64,000 nt of DNA. Source: Cetorhinus maximus (Eukaryota). The stretch is from contig NC_135889.1 in NCBI RefSeq assembly GCF_964194155.1, forward strand, positions 110,360,001 to 110,424,000, given 5' to 3'. Below the pieces are notes generated by a model, which made no database searches, had not been told where the DNA came from, and was given only the letters and a program-made list of their open reading frames with translations. The position numbers and the translations under genes are program-made. This document shows positions 13,801-26,628 of this stretch, piece by piece (within the stretch, counting starts at the first letter, position 1; each line of letters starts with the position of its first letter).

Positions 13801-16406
13801 ATTTCTTTGATTTAAGAAGGTTGAAAAGTAATCCAGTGACCTAGCCCTTTTGCGATGTTCATTCTGTACTAATTTTTACTCCAGGGTCCTGGAGGACAAG
13901 GATAGTCCTTGGTTCCCTTCCTCTGCAATCAACCACCTCCGTGGACACCTCTTTCCTGTCCTTTACAACATCCAACTCAAACAGAAACCTTCAGGAGTTC
14001 ATATCTCCTTAAGCAAGACTATAAGCATAGATGCCTCTACCACATCATCCACTTGTCTCCAACTCCATCCACCCACCCAAATCCAGTCCCCTTCCTCATT
14101 CTAATGCAGAATCCCTGCCTTATTGCAGCTTCTCAGCCAACTCCTGACCTCTCCAAACCAATTGCCCATGATGCACAGCTCTGCTGCATCAATCCCATTT
14201 GCTCAGTTCAGCTTTTTAGCTCATTTTAATGGTTCTTTTCCTCAGGCACTGCAACTCAGCCCTTCAAAAGATTGCCTCAAGATCCTGTTCCCCTGACCAT
14301 GTACTGTACCTCTCCTTTTAGCCCAATCACTGGTCATATAATCTTCAGCTGCTCCTACTCACTCCTCCAAGGCCCTTCCTAAACCCCTTACTACATTTCT
14401 CTTCTCCCTGAAAATCAGGTGCTTCAAAAGGTGTTCGGTCAGTTATCTTGACACATAGTCATGAACTGCCTTGGGATGTTACTTTATTTTCACAGGGACA
14501 ATCAAAATGATAACTACAGTTATTGAAAGACCCAACTTTACTGAGCTCCGAGACATATTTTACCAGAAAGATAAAACTAAGAGATTGAAAGCTGTGTGAA
14601 AATAGAAATATTTACTCAGTCATGGAAGTAATCATTTTTGAAGTTACAGAATATTTAATTAACTGATTGTTGTAAACAGAAAGCAAATATTAAAATAGTC
14701 AAAATGATAGTCAGTAATCACTTGGAGGGTAATGAATATATAGGAGTGATGGAATGATTACAAGTCTAGCAGTGTGACGAAATTGGTTTGAAGTTTGAGA
14801 CGCTCCCAGCAGTCACATGATCTCATATTTGGCCGTTGCCAGTAGTCCACCATAGATCACTCTAACTTAGTGACTAAATCACATTAATTCAGTGTGAATG
14901 AGATCATATAATTGACATGAAACACAGGAGATCACTAGCATAATCTGCCATGCCAGCCACAATTTAGCTATTCTTTTTCTCAAGTCAATAATTGTGGAAC
15001 AAAGTCCAACGGATTCTCTAATTATCCGAGTTATAAACGCTGGAGCAGAATCTTGCAGAAGCCAACTTTTTCCCCCCCGATTCATTACAATTAACATTGA
15101 TTCAAGGAGTGAGAGAATTTTTGACTTGAATGATCAGGTGTTATTTCAAAGTGTTCAAGTACATTAAATAATTCTGGCTACTGTATATAAACAAAATCTA
15201 TACTTCATTGCAGGCTCTAGAAAGAGCAACAGTGAGCATAACCAGTATTATGAAAGTCAACCTTTTAGTTACTGTTCCTCTGAGAAGGTTACAGATTAAT
15301 CCACTTTATGTTTATCCTAACCATTTTCCTTTAGAAATTAAGTACACAATGCATTCCATCAAAATTAGGCTCCAACATTAAACCTTACTTAAACAGCGAG
15401 TGTCTACAGAGCAGGCAGAAGTGTTAAACAGCTGGTTTTTATACAGCCACTAGTGGCACATACAATCTTTGGAATGCTTCTATCGTGATTATAACCCCAA
15501 AATAATAGGTTCATTAAATTGATAATAATGAAACATTATTATATAGGAAATATTTCCACACTGTTTGAAACACTCCAGATTAGATAATCTTTGAGAAGTT
15601 TCAATTCCTCAGAATTTAAAATGCAGAATAGCATCATTGTTTCCAAAGCAAAAAATATGTGGATCATGCCAAAGACCAAAAACTAGTAATCTAACCCCTC
15701 ATGGGGGAAACAGATAAGTGCTTTAAAAAAATGAGAAGTTTCAGTCTAAAACTATAGAGAATGTATTCCAAAGTCTTATATTAAAGTTTTTAATCACCCG
15801 ATCTAATATCTCATGTAGCTTGCTGCCTTTGTTTGATAACAGTCCTTTTACAATGTTAAAAAGGTGCTATATAAATACAAACTGTTGTTGCTTAAAGGTA
15901 AAAGCTTAAAAGTGAATCTAGCCACATAAAGACCAAATGCAGGAAGTAATCTGTGCCACACTGACCATTCCCATTTATATATTCTCACTTCATGCTTGAA
16001 AGGCATCTAAAAGCACAATGTGGAAGTGGTCATTACAACCAGAGTGCACGTTTTACATCTGGGTATCCAATCCATATTTATTTTGGTGATTATCAATTGA
16101 TAAAAGATGTTCTTTTTTTAAAAAGACAGAACTCTGTGAATCTCTTAGTACCTGGCTAAAGATGTATAGGGCAATGACACTAGAAAAGGGCTGCCCACTC
16201 GAACCAGTTTTAAACTTAACCATTAAAATGCCTTCTGAACTCAAATGCAGCAATATGGAAGGTTTGCCCATGAATGACACCCCTAAAATCAATCGGTTTA
16301 AGGGTCAGTGCATTGATTTAATATATTATCTCAGAATGCCAGCTCAACATGAGTGAGTACAAACTATCCAAGATTCCATTTAGCTGGAAATGTTGCTTTG
16401 CTTTTT

Positions 16407-16932
16407 TTAAAATTCATTCACAGGATGTGGGCTTCGCTGGCTGGGCCAGCATTTATTGCCCATCCCTAGTTGCCCTTGAGGAGGTAGTAGTGAGCTCCCT
16501 TCTTGAACCGCTGAGTCCATGTTATGTAGGTACACCCACAGTGCTGTTAGGGAGTTCCAGGATTTTGACCCAGCGACAGTGAAGGAACGGCGATATATTT
16601 CCAAGTCAGGATGATGAGTGACTTGGAGGGAACTTCAAGGTGTTGGTATCCCCATCTATCTGCTGCTCTTGTCCTTCTTGATGGTAGTGGTCATGGGTTT
16701 GGAAGGTGCTGTCTAAGGAGCCTTAGTGAATTCCTGCACCGCATCTTGTAGGTGGTACACACTGCTGCTACTGTGCGTCAGTGGTGGAGGGCGTGAATGT
16801 TTGTGGATGCAGTGCCAATCAAGTGGGCTCCTTTGTCCTGGGCGGTGTCAAGCTTCCCGAGTGCTGTGGGAGTTATACTCATCCAGGCAAGTAGAGTATT
16901 CTATCACACTCCTGGCTTGTGTCTAGTAGATG
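16407..16932 (-). mobile_element. 5'-truncated LINE family A copy
   Basis: Collinear with the 3' ends of the copies at 17160-19765 and 59175-60020. Confidence 0.85.
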
Positions 16933-17159
16933 GTGCTGAGGGAGGGAAAGGCCTAGAGCTGGAAATACCTCTGAAATTTAAAGATTTTACGAAAATCTGA
17001 AATACCCACCAAATATGTGTGAATTAACTTCACTAATTTATTATGGAGGAGGGTTATCACCAGTAAGTTATCCTTTATTTTAAAAGGCAGTGGTCATGGG
17101 TTGGAAAGCCCCTGGAAGTTGCACAAACCACCACCCCCAGTTCTCTGGATTTTTAAAAA

Positions 17160-19765
17160 TTCTTAGGGCATGGATGTGGCTGGCTGGGCCAGCACTTTTA
17201 CTGCCCATCCGTGATTGCCCTTGGTGAGCAGCCTTCTTGAACTGCAGGTGGTGCAGGTAGACCCGCAGTGCTATTAGTAAGAAGTTCCAGGATTTTGACC
17301 CAGCGACAGTGAAGGTAGAGTGATACAGTTCCAAGCCAGGATGGTTTGCGACTTGGAAGGGAACTTGCAGGTGGTGATGTTCCCAAGTATTTGCTGCCCT
17401 TGTCCTCCTTGGTGGTACAGCTCACGAATTTAGGATGTGCTGTCAAAGGTACCTCGGTGATTTGCTGTAGTGTATCTTGTAGATCGTACACGTTGTTACG
17501 GTGCATCGGTGGTGGAGGGAGTGGATGTTGAAGGTGGTGGATGGGTTGCCAATCAAGCAGGCTGCTGTGTCCTAAATGATGTCGAGCTTCCTGAGTGTTG
17601 TTGGAGCTGCACTCATCCAGGCAAGTGGAGAGTATTCCATCACACTCCTGACTTGTACCTTGTAAATGTTAGACAGGCTTTGGGGAGTCAGGAGGCGAGT
17701 TACTCGCCACAGGATTCCTAGCCTCTGACCTGCTCTTGTAGCCATAGTACTTACACGGCTCGTCCAGTTCAGTATCTGATCAATGGTAACCCCCAGGATG
17801 TTGATAGTGGGGAATTCAGCAATGGTAATGCCATTGATTATCAAGGGGAAATGGTTAGATTCGCTCTTGTTGGAGATGGTCATTGCCTGGTACTTGTGTG
17901 GCAGGAATGTTATTTGCGACTTGTCAGCCCAAGCCTGAATGTTGTCCAGGTCTTGCTGCATATGGGCATGGACTGCTTCAGCATGTGAGGAATTGCAAAT
18001 GGTGCCGAATATTGTGCAATCAGCAGCAAACAGTCCCACTTTTGATCTTATGATAGAGGGAAGGTCATTGATGAAGCAGCTGAAGATGGTTGGGCCTAGG
18101 GCGCTACCCTGAGCAGCACCTGCAGTGATGTCCTGGGACTGAGATGATTAACCTCCAACCACAACCATCTTGCTTTGAGCTAGGTATGACTCCAACCAGC
18201 GGAGAGTTTCCACCGCACCACCCCGATTCCCACTGACTTCAGTTTTGCTAGGTGTCCTTGATGGCACACTCGGTCAAATGTTGCCTGATGTCAAGGGCAG
18301 TCACTCTCATCTCATCTGTGGAGTTCAGCTCTTTTGCCCTTGTTTGGACTAAGACCAAATGTAACGAGGTCAGGGGTTGTGTGGCCCTGGTGGAACCCAA
18401 ACTGAGCATCAGTGAGCAGGTTATTGCTGAGTATGTACCACTTGATAGCACTCTTGATGACCTCTTGCAACACTTTGCTGATGGAGTGTAGACTGACGGA
18501 GTTGTAATTGGCCAGGTTGTATTTGTCCTGCTTTTTGTGGACAGGACATACTGGGCAGTTTTCCACATTGCTGGACAGATGCCAATGTTGTAGCTGTACT
18601 GGGACAGCTTGGCTAACAGCATAGCTAGTTCAGGAGCAGATGTCTTCAGTACTGTTGCCGGAATGTGTCAGGTCCTACAGCCTTTGCAGTGTCACGTGGA
18701 GTGGATCGGATTGGCTGAAGACTGGCATCTGTGACGTTGGTGGGATCATCCACTCAGCACTTCTGGCTGAAGATGGCTGCAAGTGCTTCAGCCTTGTCTT
18801 TTGCACTGATGTGCTGGGCTCCCCCATCATTGAGGACGGGGATATTTGTGGAACCTCCTCCTCCAGTGAGTTAATTGTCCACCACCATTCATGACTGGAT
18901 GTGGCAGGACTGCAGAGCTTATGCTGCTTTTGATGTTTGTCATGTACGTAGTCCTGTGTTGTACATTTACCAGGTTGACACCTCAGTTTTAGGTATGCCT
19001 GCTGCTGTTCGTGACATGCCCTCCTGCACTCTTCATTGAACCAGGGTTGATCTGTCAGCTTGATGGTAATGGTAGAGTGGTGGATTTGCAAATTGTGGTT
19101 GCATACAATTCTGCTGCTGATGGCTCACAGCACCTCATGCATCCCCAGTTTTTAGTTGTTAGATCGGTTCGAAATCTAACCCATTAGCACAGTGGTAGTG
19201 CCACACAACACGATGGAAGGTATCCACAATGTGAAGACGGGACTTCGTCTCCACAAGATGGTCATTCCTACCAATATTGTCATGCACAGATGCATCCTTG
19301 ACAGGTGGGCTGGTGAGGACGAGGTCAAGTGGATTTCTCCCTCTTGTTGGTTCTGTCACCACCTGCCACAGACGCAGGCTAGCAGCCATATCCATTTGGA
19401 CTCAGCCAGCTCTGTCAGTGGTGGTGCTACCGAGCCACTCTTAGTGATAGACATTGAAGTTCCCCACCCAGGAGACATTCTGTGCCTTAGCCATCTTCAG
19501 TGCTTCTTCCAAGTAGTGTTCAACATGGAGGAGTACTGATTCATCAGCTGAGGGGGAAAGACGGTAGGTGGTAAATCAGCAGGAAGTTTCCTTGCCCATG
19601 ACTGATCTGATGCCAGTAGAATTCATGGGGTCCAGGGTCGATGTTGAGAACTCCCAGGACAACTATACCACTGTGCCACCACCTGATGGGTCTGTCCTGT
19701 CGATGGGACAGGACATACCCAGATGGTGATGGTGGTGTCTGGTGGTGTCCGCAGGGCACCATGAG
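17160..19765 (-). mobile_element. Long, frameshifted CR1-like LINE family A (APE endonuclease and RT remnants)
   Basis: APE C-terminus: QVVTEPTRGRNPLDLVLT...NDH. Linker: DQPWFNEECRRAC. RT: QFGFHQGH, ALDI, LFAADCTIF, QQDLDNIQAWAD, YKVQVRSVMEYSPLAW. Multiple stops and frameshifts. Confidence 0.9.
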
Positions 19766-19899
19766 CACTTGGCACGTCATAACATTCAAGGTTATGGGCC
19801 AAGTGCTGGTAAATGGGATTAGGTAGGTAGGTCAGGTGTCTCTCACATGTTGGTGCAGACTCAATGGGCCGATTCTGTGCGATTCTGATTCCTGTCCTT

Positions 19900-20280
19900 G
19901 CTACACTACATTATCCCCCAGTGCTTCGAAATTAAAATTCCTGCGCACATCGTTAAGTTCCTTCGTGGCCTGGGCCCTCCTCTCATCTCCTTCAGAACAC
20001 TGAACCTCTGGCTGTGACCTCTAGTGCACCTACTTCTTTGCCCCACCATTGGCACCCATACCTTCAGCTATCTCAGCTCCATGCTCTTGAATTCCCTCCC
20101 GTAGCTCCTCTTCCTTGTCACCATCCCACACTCAAGCCACTTCTTTGATCAAGCTTTTAGGCATTACTTCGAACATCTCCTTTGGCTGGAAGCCATTTTT
20201 ATTTGAGCATACATCATGAAGTAGCTTGGTATTTTTTTTCTATATTAAGGTCATTCTAAAAGCGCAAGTTGCTGTTGCTC
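19900..20280 (+). mobile_element. L2 3' fragment
   Basis: Similar to the L2 3' ends at 7300-7735 and 44265-44700; tail GCAAGTTGCTGTTG. Confidence 0.6.
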
Positions 20281-21642
20281 TTTAACATTGCATGGCATTA
20301 AAAAGCTGTAACTTCTTCCAGTATTCTGCCCAATACTACTACAACAGATGACACAACAAAAACAGGGATCAATCATTTCACTGCTTTACCAGGGAGACTG
20401 CTTGCTCAGAACGGCTGCTACTTTCGCTTAACCCAACAGTCGTAATAAGTTGTTTTGAATGTTGATGCGATAGGATGCTATGGAAAAAGTAAAGAAAAGC
20501 TTTCCTATGAATCTTTTTCTAATGCTATCAATTTCAATAGCCTTGCTACAAATATTAAAAAGCAAGAGGACAGTCAGATTGTTTTAGATACACTCAGAAC
20601 TGAATCAGGCCACTCTTCTTCACAGACCATTGATCCTTCTACACCTGATCAATTCTTTTTTCCTGTGTTCTACTGAAGTCAGCATCCAATAGGGAAATAG
20701 CACATTGCAGAAGTAAATTCCAAAATATGGGTACTACCTTCTGATTAAGTGAGCTCATGGCCTTTTTAAGCTTATAAATCATAACCTCAGATCTTGATTC
20801 TGCAAAAGCAAAAAGTCTACCCACCTGTTCGATCCTATTCATCAGTTTAAAAACTGGATTCAAGGTATCTCCCATGCAGAAAAAAAACTACCTCCACCAA
20901 TGTAACCAGGATAACCTTTACTTTCTTCAATGGTTCAGGTTTTTAGGTCATTCTCACTAGCTTTTTCTTTTCTGAAGGATACACAGTGATAACAGCATTT
21001 CTAAGTATGACCCAACACTTCAAATACATTTTGCAACTTGCATCTCTTCCTTAAAACTTACCGAGATAATTGGCTTTCCATTGCCTTTCAAATTTGACAT
21101 TTTCTCTGATCTACCATAATGGTGCACTTATGTATTCACGTTTTTATTTTTAAAATTTCAATACTGATTATTTATTCAGCCAGATAAGTTTGAATTCCAT
21201 CACCCTTGCAAGTATTGCAAGCACAAGTCCCAGAACCAATCCCTATAGTAGACCAGTCACAGCTACCTAATTAAAAGTCATTGATAACTAAAATCTATTT
21301 CTTGTCCAGACATTTCACTATCTAAACTACAACTTAATTATTTCCAGAAGCTGTCAATTCAATGCTTTGTAAATGAACCTCATTACACTCCTGGTTTAGA
21401 AAACATCTGATAACAACCACAAAATATTCTAGTTCAGGTTTTGGTAGCTGGCACAATCCAGGCTACATCAACAAAAATGATGGTTGTTTCACATAAAATT
21501 ATGGCTGTTTCTCTTAAAACTACTTACATTATAAAACATGTAGATTCAAAAAATATTCCAACTCCGAGAAACCTCATGACCAGTTACTGCAATGAATTGT
21601 TGCCAAAAAGTTTTTGACATATAATTTATTCCTCACTCTAGT

Positions 21643-21842
21643 NNNNNNNNNNNNNNNNNNNNNNNNNNNNNNNNNNNNNNNNNNNNNNNNNNNNNNNNNN
21701 NNNNNNNNNNNNNNNNNNNNNNNNNNNNNNNNNNNNNNNNNNNNNNNNNNNNNNNNNNNNNNNNNNNNNNNNNNNNNNNNNNNNNNNNNNNNNNNNNNNN
21801 NNNNNNNNNNNNNNNNNNNNNNNNNNNNNNNNNNNNNNNNNN
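21643..21842. other. Assembly gap (200 N)
   Basis: Run of N. Confidence 1.
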
Positions 21843-23544
21843 TATGAAAGTGTTGACTGAGGTGCTTTTAATGACAAACATTGAATTGCACGTAAGGCAG
21901 CTGAAGTGTCCAAATATTTGCCAGAAAAAAAAGGATCACAATCAAAGGTAATCATTGATAATTGATTTCTAAGGGTCACCATTGACCAAATGTTTGATTA
22001 TACTGCTAGTCAGATTGTAAATGAAGATTGCACTTGTCATGTTAAAAATAAATGGCTTGCACCAAATTCCAACACGAAACATATGTAGGGCTGATAAAAT
22101 TATAATTTAATCATTAAAATGGTTTATGATGCTATCGCTTTGTCTTTAATTCCTGTTTCATTTCGCAGTTTTATTTTCATAATTCAAGGTATACCTTTAA
22201 AATGTAAAATACCTTTGCAAATTAAGAGCTATGCAGCAGTTCATGTCTTTGAACTATGTTTCAATGCAACGAGTAACAAAATAATAGATACTAATAATTG
22301 TGAATATATTTGTATATTTTGACTCCTTTTGTCTATAGGTGACTTTATATCAAAAAGTTGTTCACTGGCTGTAAAGCATTTTGGGCACCCTGAGCTTGTG
22401 TGTGACACAATACAAGTGTAAGTTTTGTGTAAGTGTAAGTGTAAGTTTTCTTTCTTTATTTCCACTGTGTTAATATGTTACAATATTACAACAGCTATTA
22501 TAGTCCTTTAACGAAATTAAACACCAATAACTTTCTGGACAAATTCCATTGTACACAAGCTACAGCATGCTATTGGCCTTCTAGGATAATAGCATTTGTA
22601 ACAAAAACCAAAACAAAACCGTTAAAGAGAAATGTAATGATTTCTTCTAAACTTCTCATATGTACAGCTTGTTTGGAGCTTGTTTCCCGGCAGTAATACA
22701 CTTCAGAATTGAGAAAATACTATTTCACTCTCAGGGCTTGCTATGGCAGTGTGACTCAGTTGGTAGCACGCTTGACTCTGAACAATGTCGATTTGAATGT
22801 CATTATAGATTGAAGCACACAACCCAGGCTGATGCTTCAGCTTAGGCAGTGCCTCATTGCTTGGGGAGTCGTTACAGTGAGGCCCTACCATATCTTCTCA
22901 TGTGGCTATAAAGGATCCTTTTGTATTATTGAGATACCCAAATGGACAAGTTATGCCTAACATGAAAGGTCGAATAGGCTGGGCTCTTTTCTCTAGACAA
23001 GAGAACAGTAAGGTGTCACCTGATTGATGTCATTTAAGATTATGAAAGGATTTGATAGGGTAAATGTAGAGAAGATGTTCCACTTGTGACAAGACCAAAA
23101 TTAGGGCCATTAATACAACATAGTCACTAACAAATACAGAATATTCAGGCGCATATCATAGGTGCACTTAAGGGGAAGAAAGGAATACTGTAGGCTTCTC
23201 CAACCTTTGTGAGTGAGGTGGGGGGGGTTCCACAATTATATTTTTTTCCTCATTCAAGGGGCCAATGAGCAGATTTTGGAACGATATATGAATTTTAAAT
23301 AAAATTGTGTGTGAAGAAAAGAAACAATTTGCTGAGCAAAACTAAAGTGATGTCAAAAACAGCAAATGGTTAATTTAAAAAAGAGTAATTAATAAAAATG
23401 ATCAGTAGAGTGTATGAGTGTGTGTGTGTCTGGCTTACTCCCAGTCTCAGGGTGTTTACTCACTCACCCTCACCCAGTGTGAGAGTAGGTGAGTGTATAT
23501 GTTGAGTGACTGAGAATCCTAAGACTGGAAGTGAGCCAGACACA

Positions 23545-23592
23545 GACACACTCGCTCCCTCGCTCTCACACATACACACACTCACTCCCTCG

Positions 23593-23623
<31 letters not shown>

Positions 23624-23693
23624 GCTCTCACACACACACACACTCGCTCCCTCGCTCTCACACACACACACTCGCTCCCTCGCTCTCACACAC
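23545..23693. repeat. Compound (CA)n / CTCGCTCCCTCGCTCT microsatellite running into a gap
   Basis: About 5 units visible, followed by 130 N at 23694-23823. Confidence 0.95.
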
Positions 23694-23823
23694 NNNNNNN
23701 NNNNNNNNNNNNNNNNNNNNNNNNNNNNNNNNNNNNNNNNNNNNNNNNNNNNNNNNNNNNNNNNNNNNNNNNNNNNNNNNNNNNNNNNNNNNNNNNNNNN
23801 NNNNNNNNNNNNNNNNNNNNNNN

Positions 23824-24980
23824 GGCCCCGCAGCACCCTCTCTCTCCCCAGACCCCGCAGCACCCTCTTTTTCCCCGGGCCCCGCAGCATCCTCTTTTTC
23901 CCCGGGCCTCGCAGCACCCTCTCTCTCCCCAGACCCCGCAGCACCCTCTTTTTCCCGGGCCTCGCAGCACCCTCCCTCTCCCCAGACCCCCGCAGCACCC
24001 TCTTTTTCCCCGGGCCCCGTAGCACCCTCTCTCGCCCCAGGCCCCGCAGCACCTTCTCTCTCTCCCTGGGCCCTGCAGCACCTTCTCTCTCCCCGGGCCT
24101 CACAGCACTCTCTCTCTCCTCGGGCCCCGCAGCACCCTCTCTCTCCCCGGGCCCCGTAGCACCCTCTCTCTCCCCGGGCCCCGTAGCACCCTCTCTCGCC
24201 CCAGGCCCCGCAGCACCTTCTCTCTCTCCCTGGGCCCCGCAGCACTCTCTCTCTCCTTGGGCCCCGCAGCACCCTCTCTCTCCCCGGGCCCCGCAGCACT
24301 CTCTCTCTCCCCGGGCCCCGCAGCACTCTCTCTCTCCTTGGGCCCCACAGCACCCTCTCTCTCCCCAGGCCCCGCAGCACCTTCTCTCTCTCCCTGGGCC
24401 CCGCAGCACCTTCTCTCTCCCCGGGCCTCACAGCACTCTCTCTCTCCTCGGGCCCCGCAGCACCCTCTCTCTCCCCGGGCCCTGCAGCACCTTCTCTCTC
24501 CCTGGGCCCCGCAGCACTCTCTCTCTCCTTGGGCCCCGCAGCACCTTCTCTCTCCCCGGGCCCTGCAGCACCTTCTCTCTCCCGGGCCTCACAGCACTCT
24601 CTCTCTCCTCGGGCCCCGCAGCACCCTCTCTCTCCCCGGGCCCTGCAGCATCTTCTCTCTCCCTGGGCCCCGCAGCACTCTCTCTCTCCTTGGGCCCCGC
24701 AGCACCCTCTCTCTCCCCGGGCCCTGCAGCACCCTCTCTCTCCTCGGGCCCCGCAGCACTCTCTCTCTCCTTGGGCCCCGCAGCACCCTCTCTCTCCCCG
24801 GGCCCTGCAGCACCTTCTCTCTCCCCGGGCCCCGCAGCACTCTCTCTCTCCCCGGGCCCCGCAGCACCTTCTCTCTTTCCCCGGGCCACGCAGCACCTTC
24901 TCTCTCTCCCCGGGCCTCACAGCACCTTCTCTCTCTCCTTGGGCCCCGCAGCACCTTCTCTCTCCCCGGGCCTTGCAGAG
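23824..24980. repeat. GC-rich minisatellite, ~29-32 bp unit GGCCCCGCAGCACYYTCTCTCTCCCCG
   Basis: More than 35 tandem units with a variable (CT)n core. The unit has almost no stop codons, which generates spurious long ORFs. Confidence 0.97.
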
Positions 24981-25190
24981 CAACTCTCTCTCTCCCTCTC
25001 TTCCCCCACCCTCCCAGGCTCTACAGCACCTTCTCTTTTCGTTCCCCTCCCCCGCCAAAATCCTCTCTCTCTCCCCAGCACATTTACCTCCACTAGTGAT
25101 CGCTGCTCGTCTAATCAGAGACTCTTTCTCTACCACATTTGCTGCTAATAGGCTCACTAGTAGATCAAATCCACTAGGGAAACTTGATCA

Positions 25191-26017
25191 CGTCATCACA
25201 ATGGTTTTGCAATTTGTATTTATTTCAAGATGCGTGCTCTGAAGTCAGTAGTAATAAGTCCACCAAGACTTGGTAGTTTCAGAGGTTTTTTTTGGAAAAC
25301 TAAATTAAACATTTCTTAACAAAAAAAAAGATTTCAAGCACATGCATAGGTTTACAAATTACAACTATAACAACTCCTAAAACCCCTAATTAATCTGACT
25401 TCCAGTTACACCCCCGTTAAGGCAACTGTAAAAATAGATTTAAACAGATCCCGGCAAGTCACCACAATATCCTGGACAGTATAAGTCAAAATTGCTTTTC
25501 CCAGCTTAGGTTTCTGTAGACAGCAGCTTAATGCATAAATACTGAAGGCTTTTCACACTTCTGGTAGATCTTATAATGCCTTCTCTAACACATAACCTCA
25601 ATTTCCTTTATACATGTTTCTCCCTTTTAATGCAAATTCCATTGTTCCCATATGCCTTTGGAACTTTACCTTTCTCATAATATAAATCATTGCATAGTGC
25701 GATTATTATCAGTACCTTTGGGAAAAATAAACACACCGCTTGGCCTAGCTTCTCTGGCTAGGTGTAACATCCTACCATCTATTTGAAATTCAAGCTACCT
25801 CAATTTATCTAAAAATTCAAATTCTCCTCCCCTTCAGCCATGTTTACATACTTAGCATTTCAAACCTAGCTTCTTTTGATGAGTTAAAGCCTCCAGATCA
25901 GCTGTCTCCAATTCAATTAAATCCCACACACACACGCAATTTATCCAAACCCCACTATTAATCTATTTTTACAATAAATCACAATAATATTATGAGAATT
26001 ATTATACTTTCACGACA
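25191..26017 (-). mobile_element. Solo LTR (~830 bp)
   Basis: The reverse complement begins TGTCGTGAAAG and ends CATTGTGATGACG. It resembles the LTR at 56652-57455 at both ends. Confidence 0.65.
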
Positions 26018-26040
26018 TGGACAAGCCTGCTGTAAAAGGA

Positions 26041-26628
26041 AAAACAGAAATACCTGGAAAAACTCAGCAGGTCTGGCAGCATCGGCGGAGAAGAGCAGAG
26101 TTGACGTTTCGAGTCCTCATGACCCTTCAACAGAACTAAATAAAAATAGGAAAGGGGTGAAATATAAACTGGTTTGGGGGGGGGGGGGGGGGGGGGGGGT
26201 TGTTGGGACAAGCAAGCAGTGTTAGGAGGAGATAACCAAAAGATGTCACAGACAAAAGAACAAAGAGGTGTTGAAGGTGGTGATATTATCTAAAAGAATG
26301 TGCTGATTAAGGGTGGAGAGCAGGACAAGCAAGGTAGCTCTAGTGGGGGTAGGGTGAAATAAATGATGGTCATGTCTGTGACATCTTTTGGTTATCTCCT
26401 CCTATCACTGCTTTCTTGTCCCAACAACCCACACCACCCCCCCACCCCCCGCTTAAACCAGCTTATATTTCACCCCTTTCCTATTTTTAGTTAGTTCTGT
26501 TGAAGGGTCATGAGGACTCGAAATGTCAAAGCTGCTCTTCTCCGCCGATGCTGCCAGACCTGCTGAGTTTTTCCAGGTATTTCTGTTTTTGTTTTGGATT
26601 TCCAGCATCCGCAGTTTTTTGTTTTTAT
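26041..26628. mobile_element. Penelope-like terminal-repeat insertion in inverted (hairpin) arrangement with 14-bp TSD
   Basis: Arms 26041-26254 and 26373-26589 are reverse complements. CTGCTGTAAAAGGA is duplicated at 26027-26040 and 26629-26642. Confidence 0.85.

Larger units (their letters stand above)
23188..26032. mobile_element. TIR-bounded non-autonomous DNA element with TA duplication, inserted in a CR1 3' fragment
   Basis: Left end TA|CTGTAGGCTTCTCCA and right end TGGACAAGCCTGCTG|TA match 12/15 as an inverted repeat. The flanks rejoin as CR1 ...AAAGGAATA/AAAGGATATGC. Confidence 0.6.

Noticed and set aside
15445-15460. CTCF site (GCCACTAGTGGCAC)
   Set aside because: One base short of the consensus spacing; a short palindrome expected by chance.
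1-21642. PTPN4 or other coding exons expected from synteny
   Set aside because: No recognisable FERM, PDZ or PTP peptide in the ORF track or the stretches I translated; short ORFs are repeat-derived or random. Very small exons could have been missed.
21614-21982. ORFs crossing the gap
   Set aside because: Consist mostly of N.
22745-22800. tRNA gene
   Set aside because: Only a decayed A-box-like SINE head; no cloverleaf.
23506-25242. Many long overlapping Pro/Ala/Gly/Arg/Glu-rich ORFs (up to 499 aa)
   Set aside because: Artefact of a stop-poor minisatellite plus an N gap; open on both strands in most frames.
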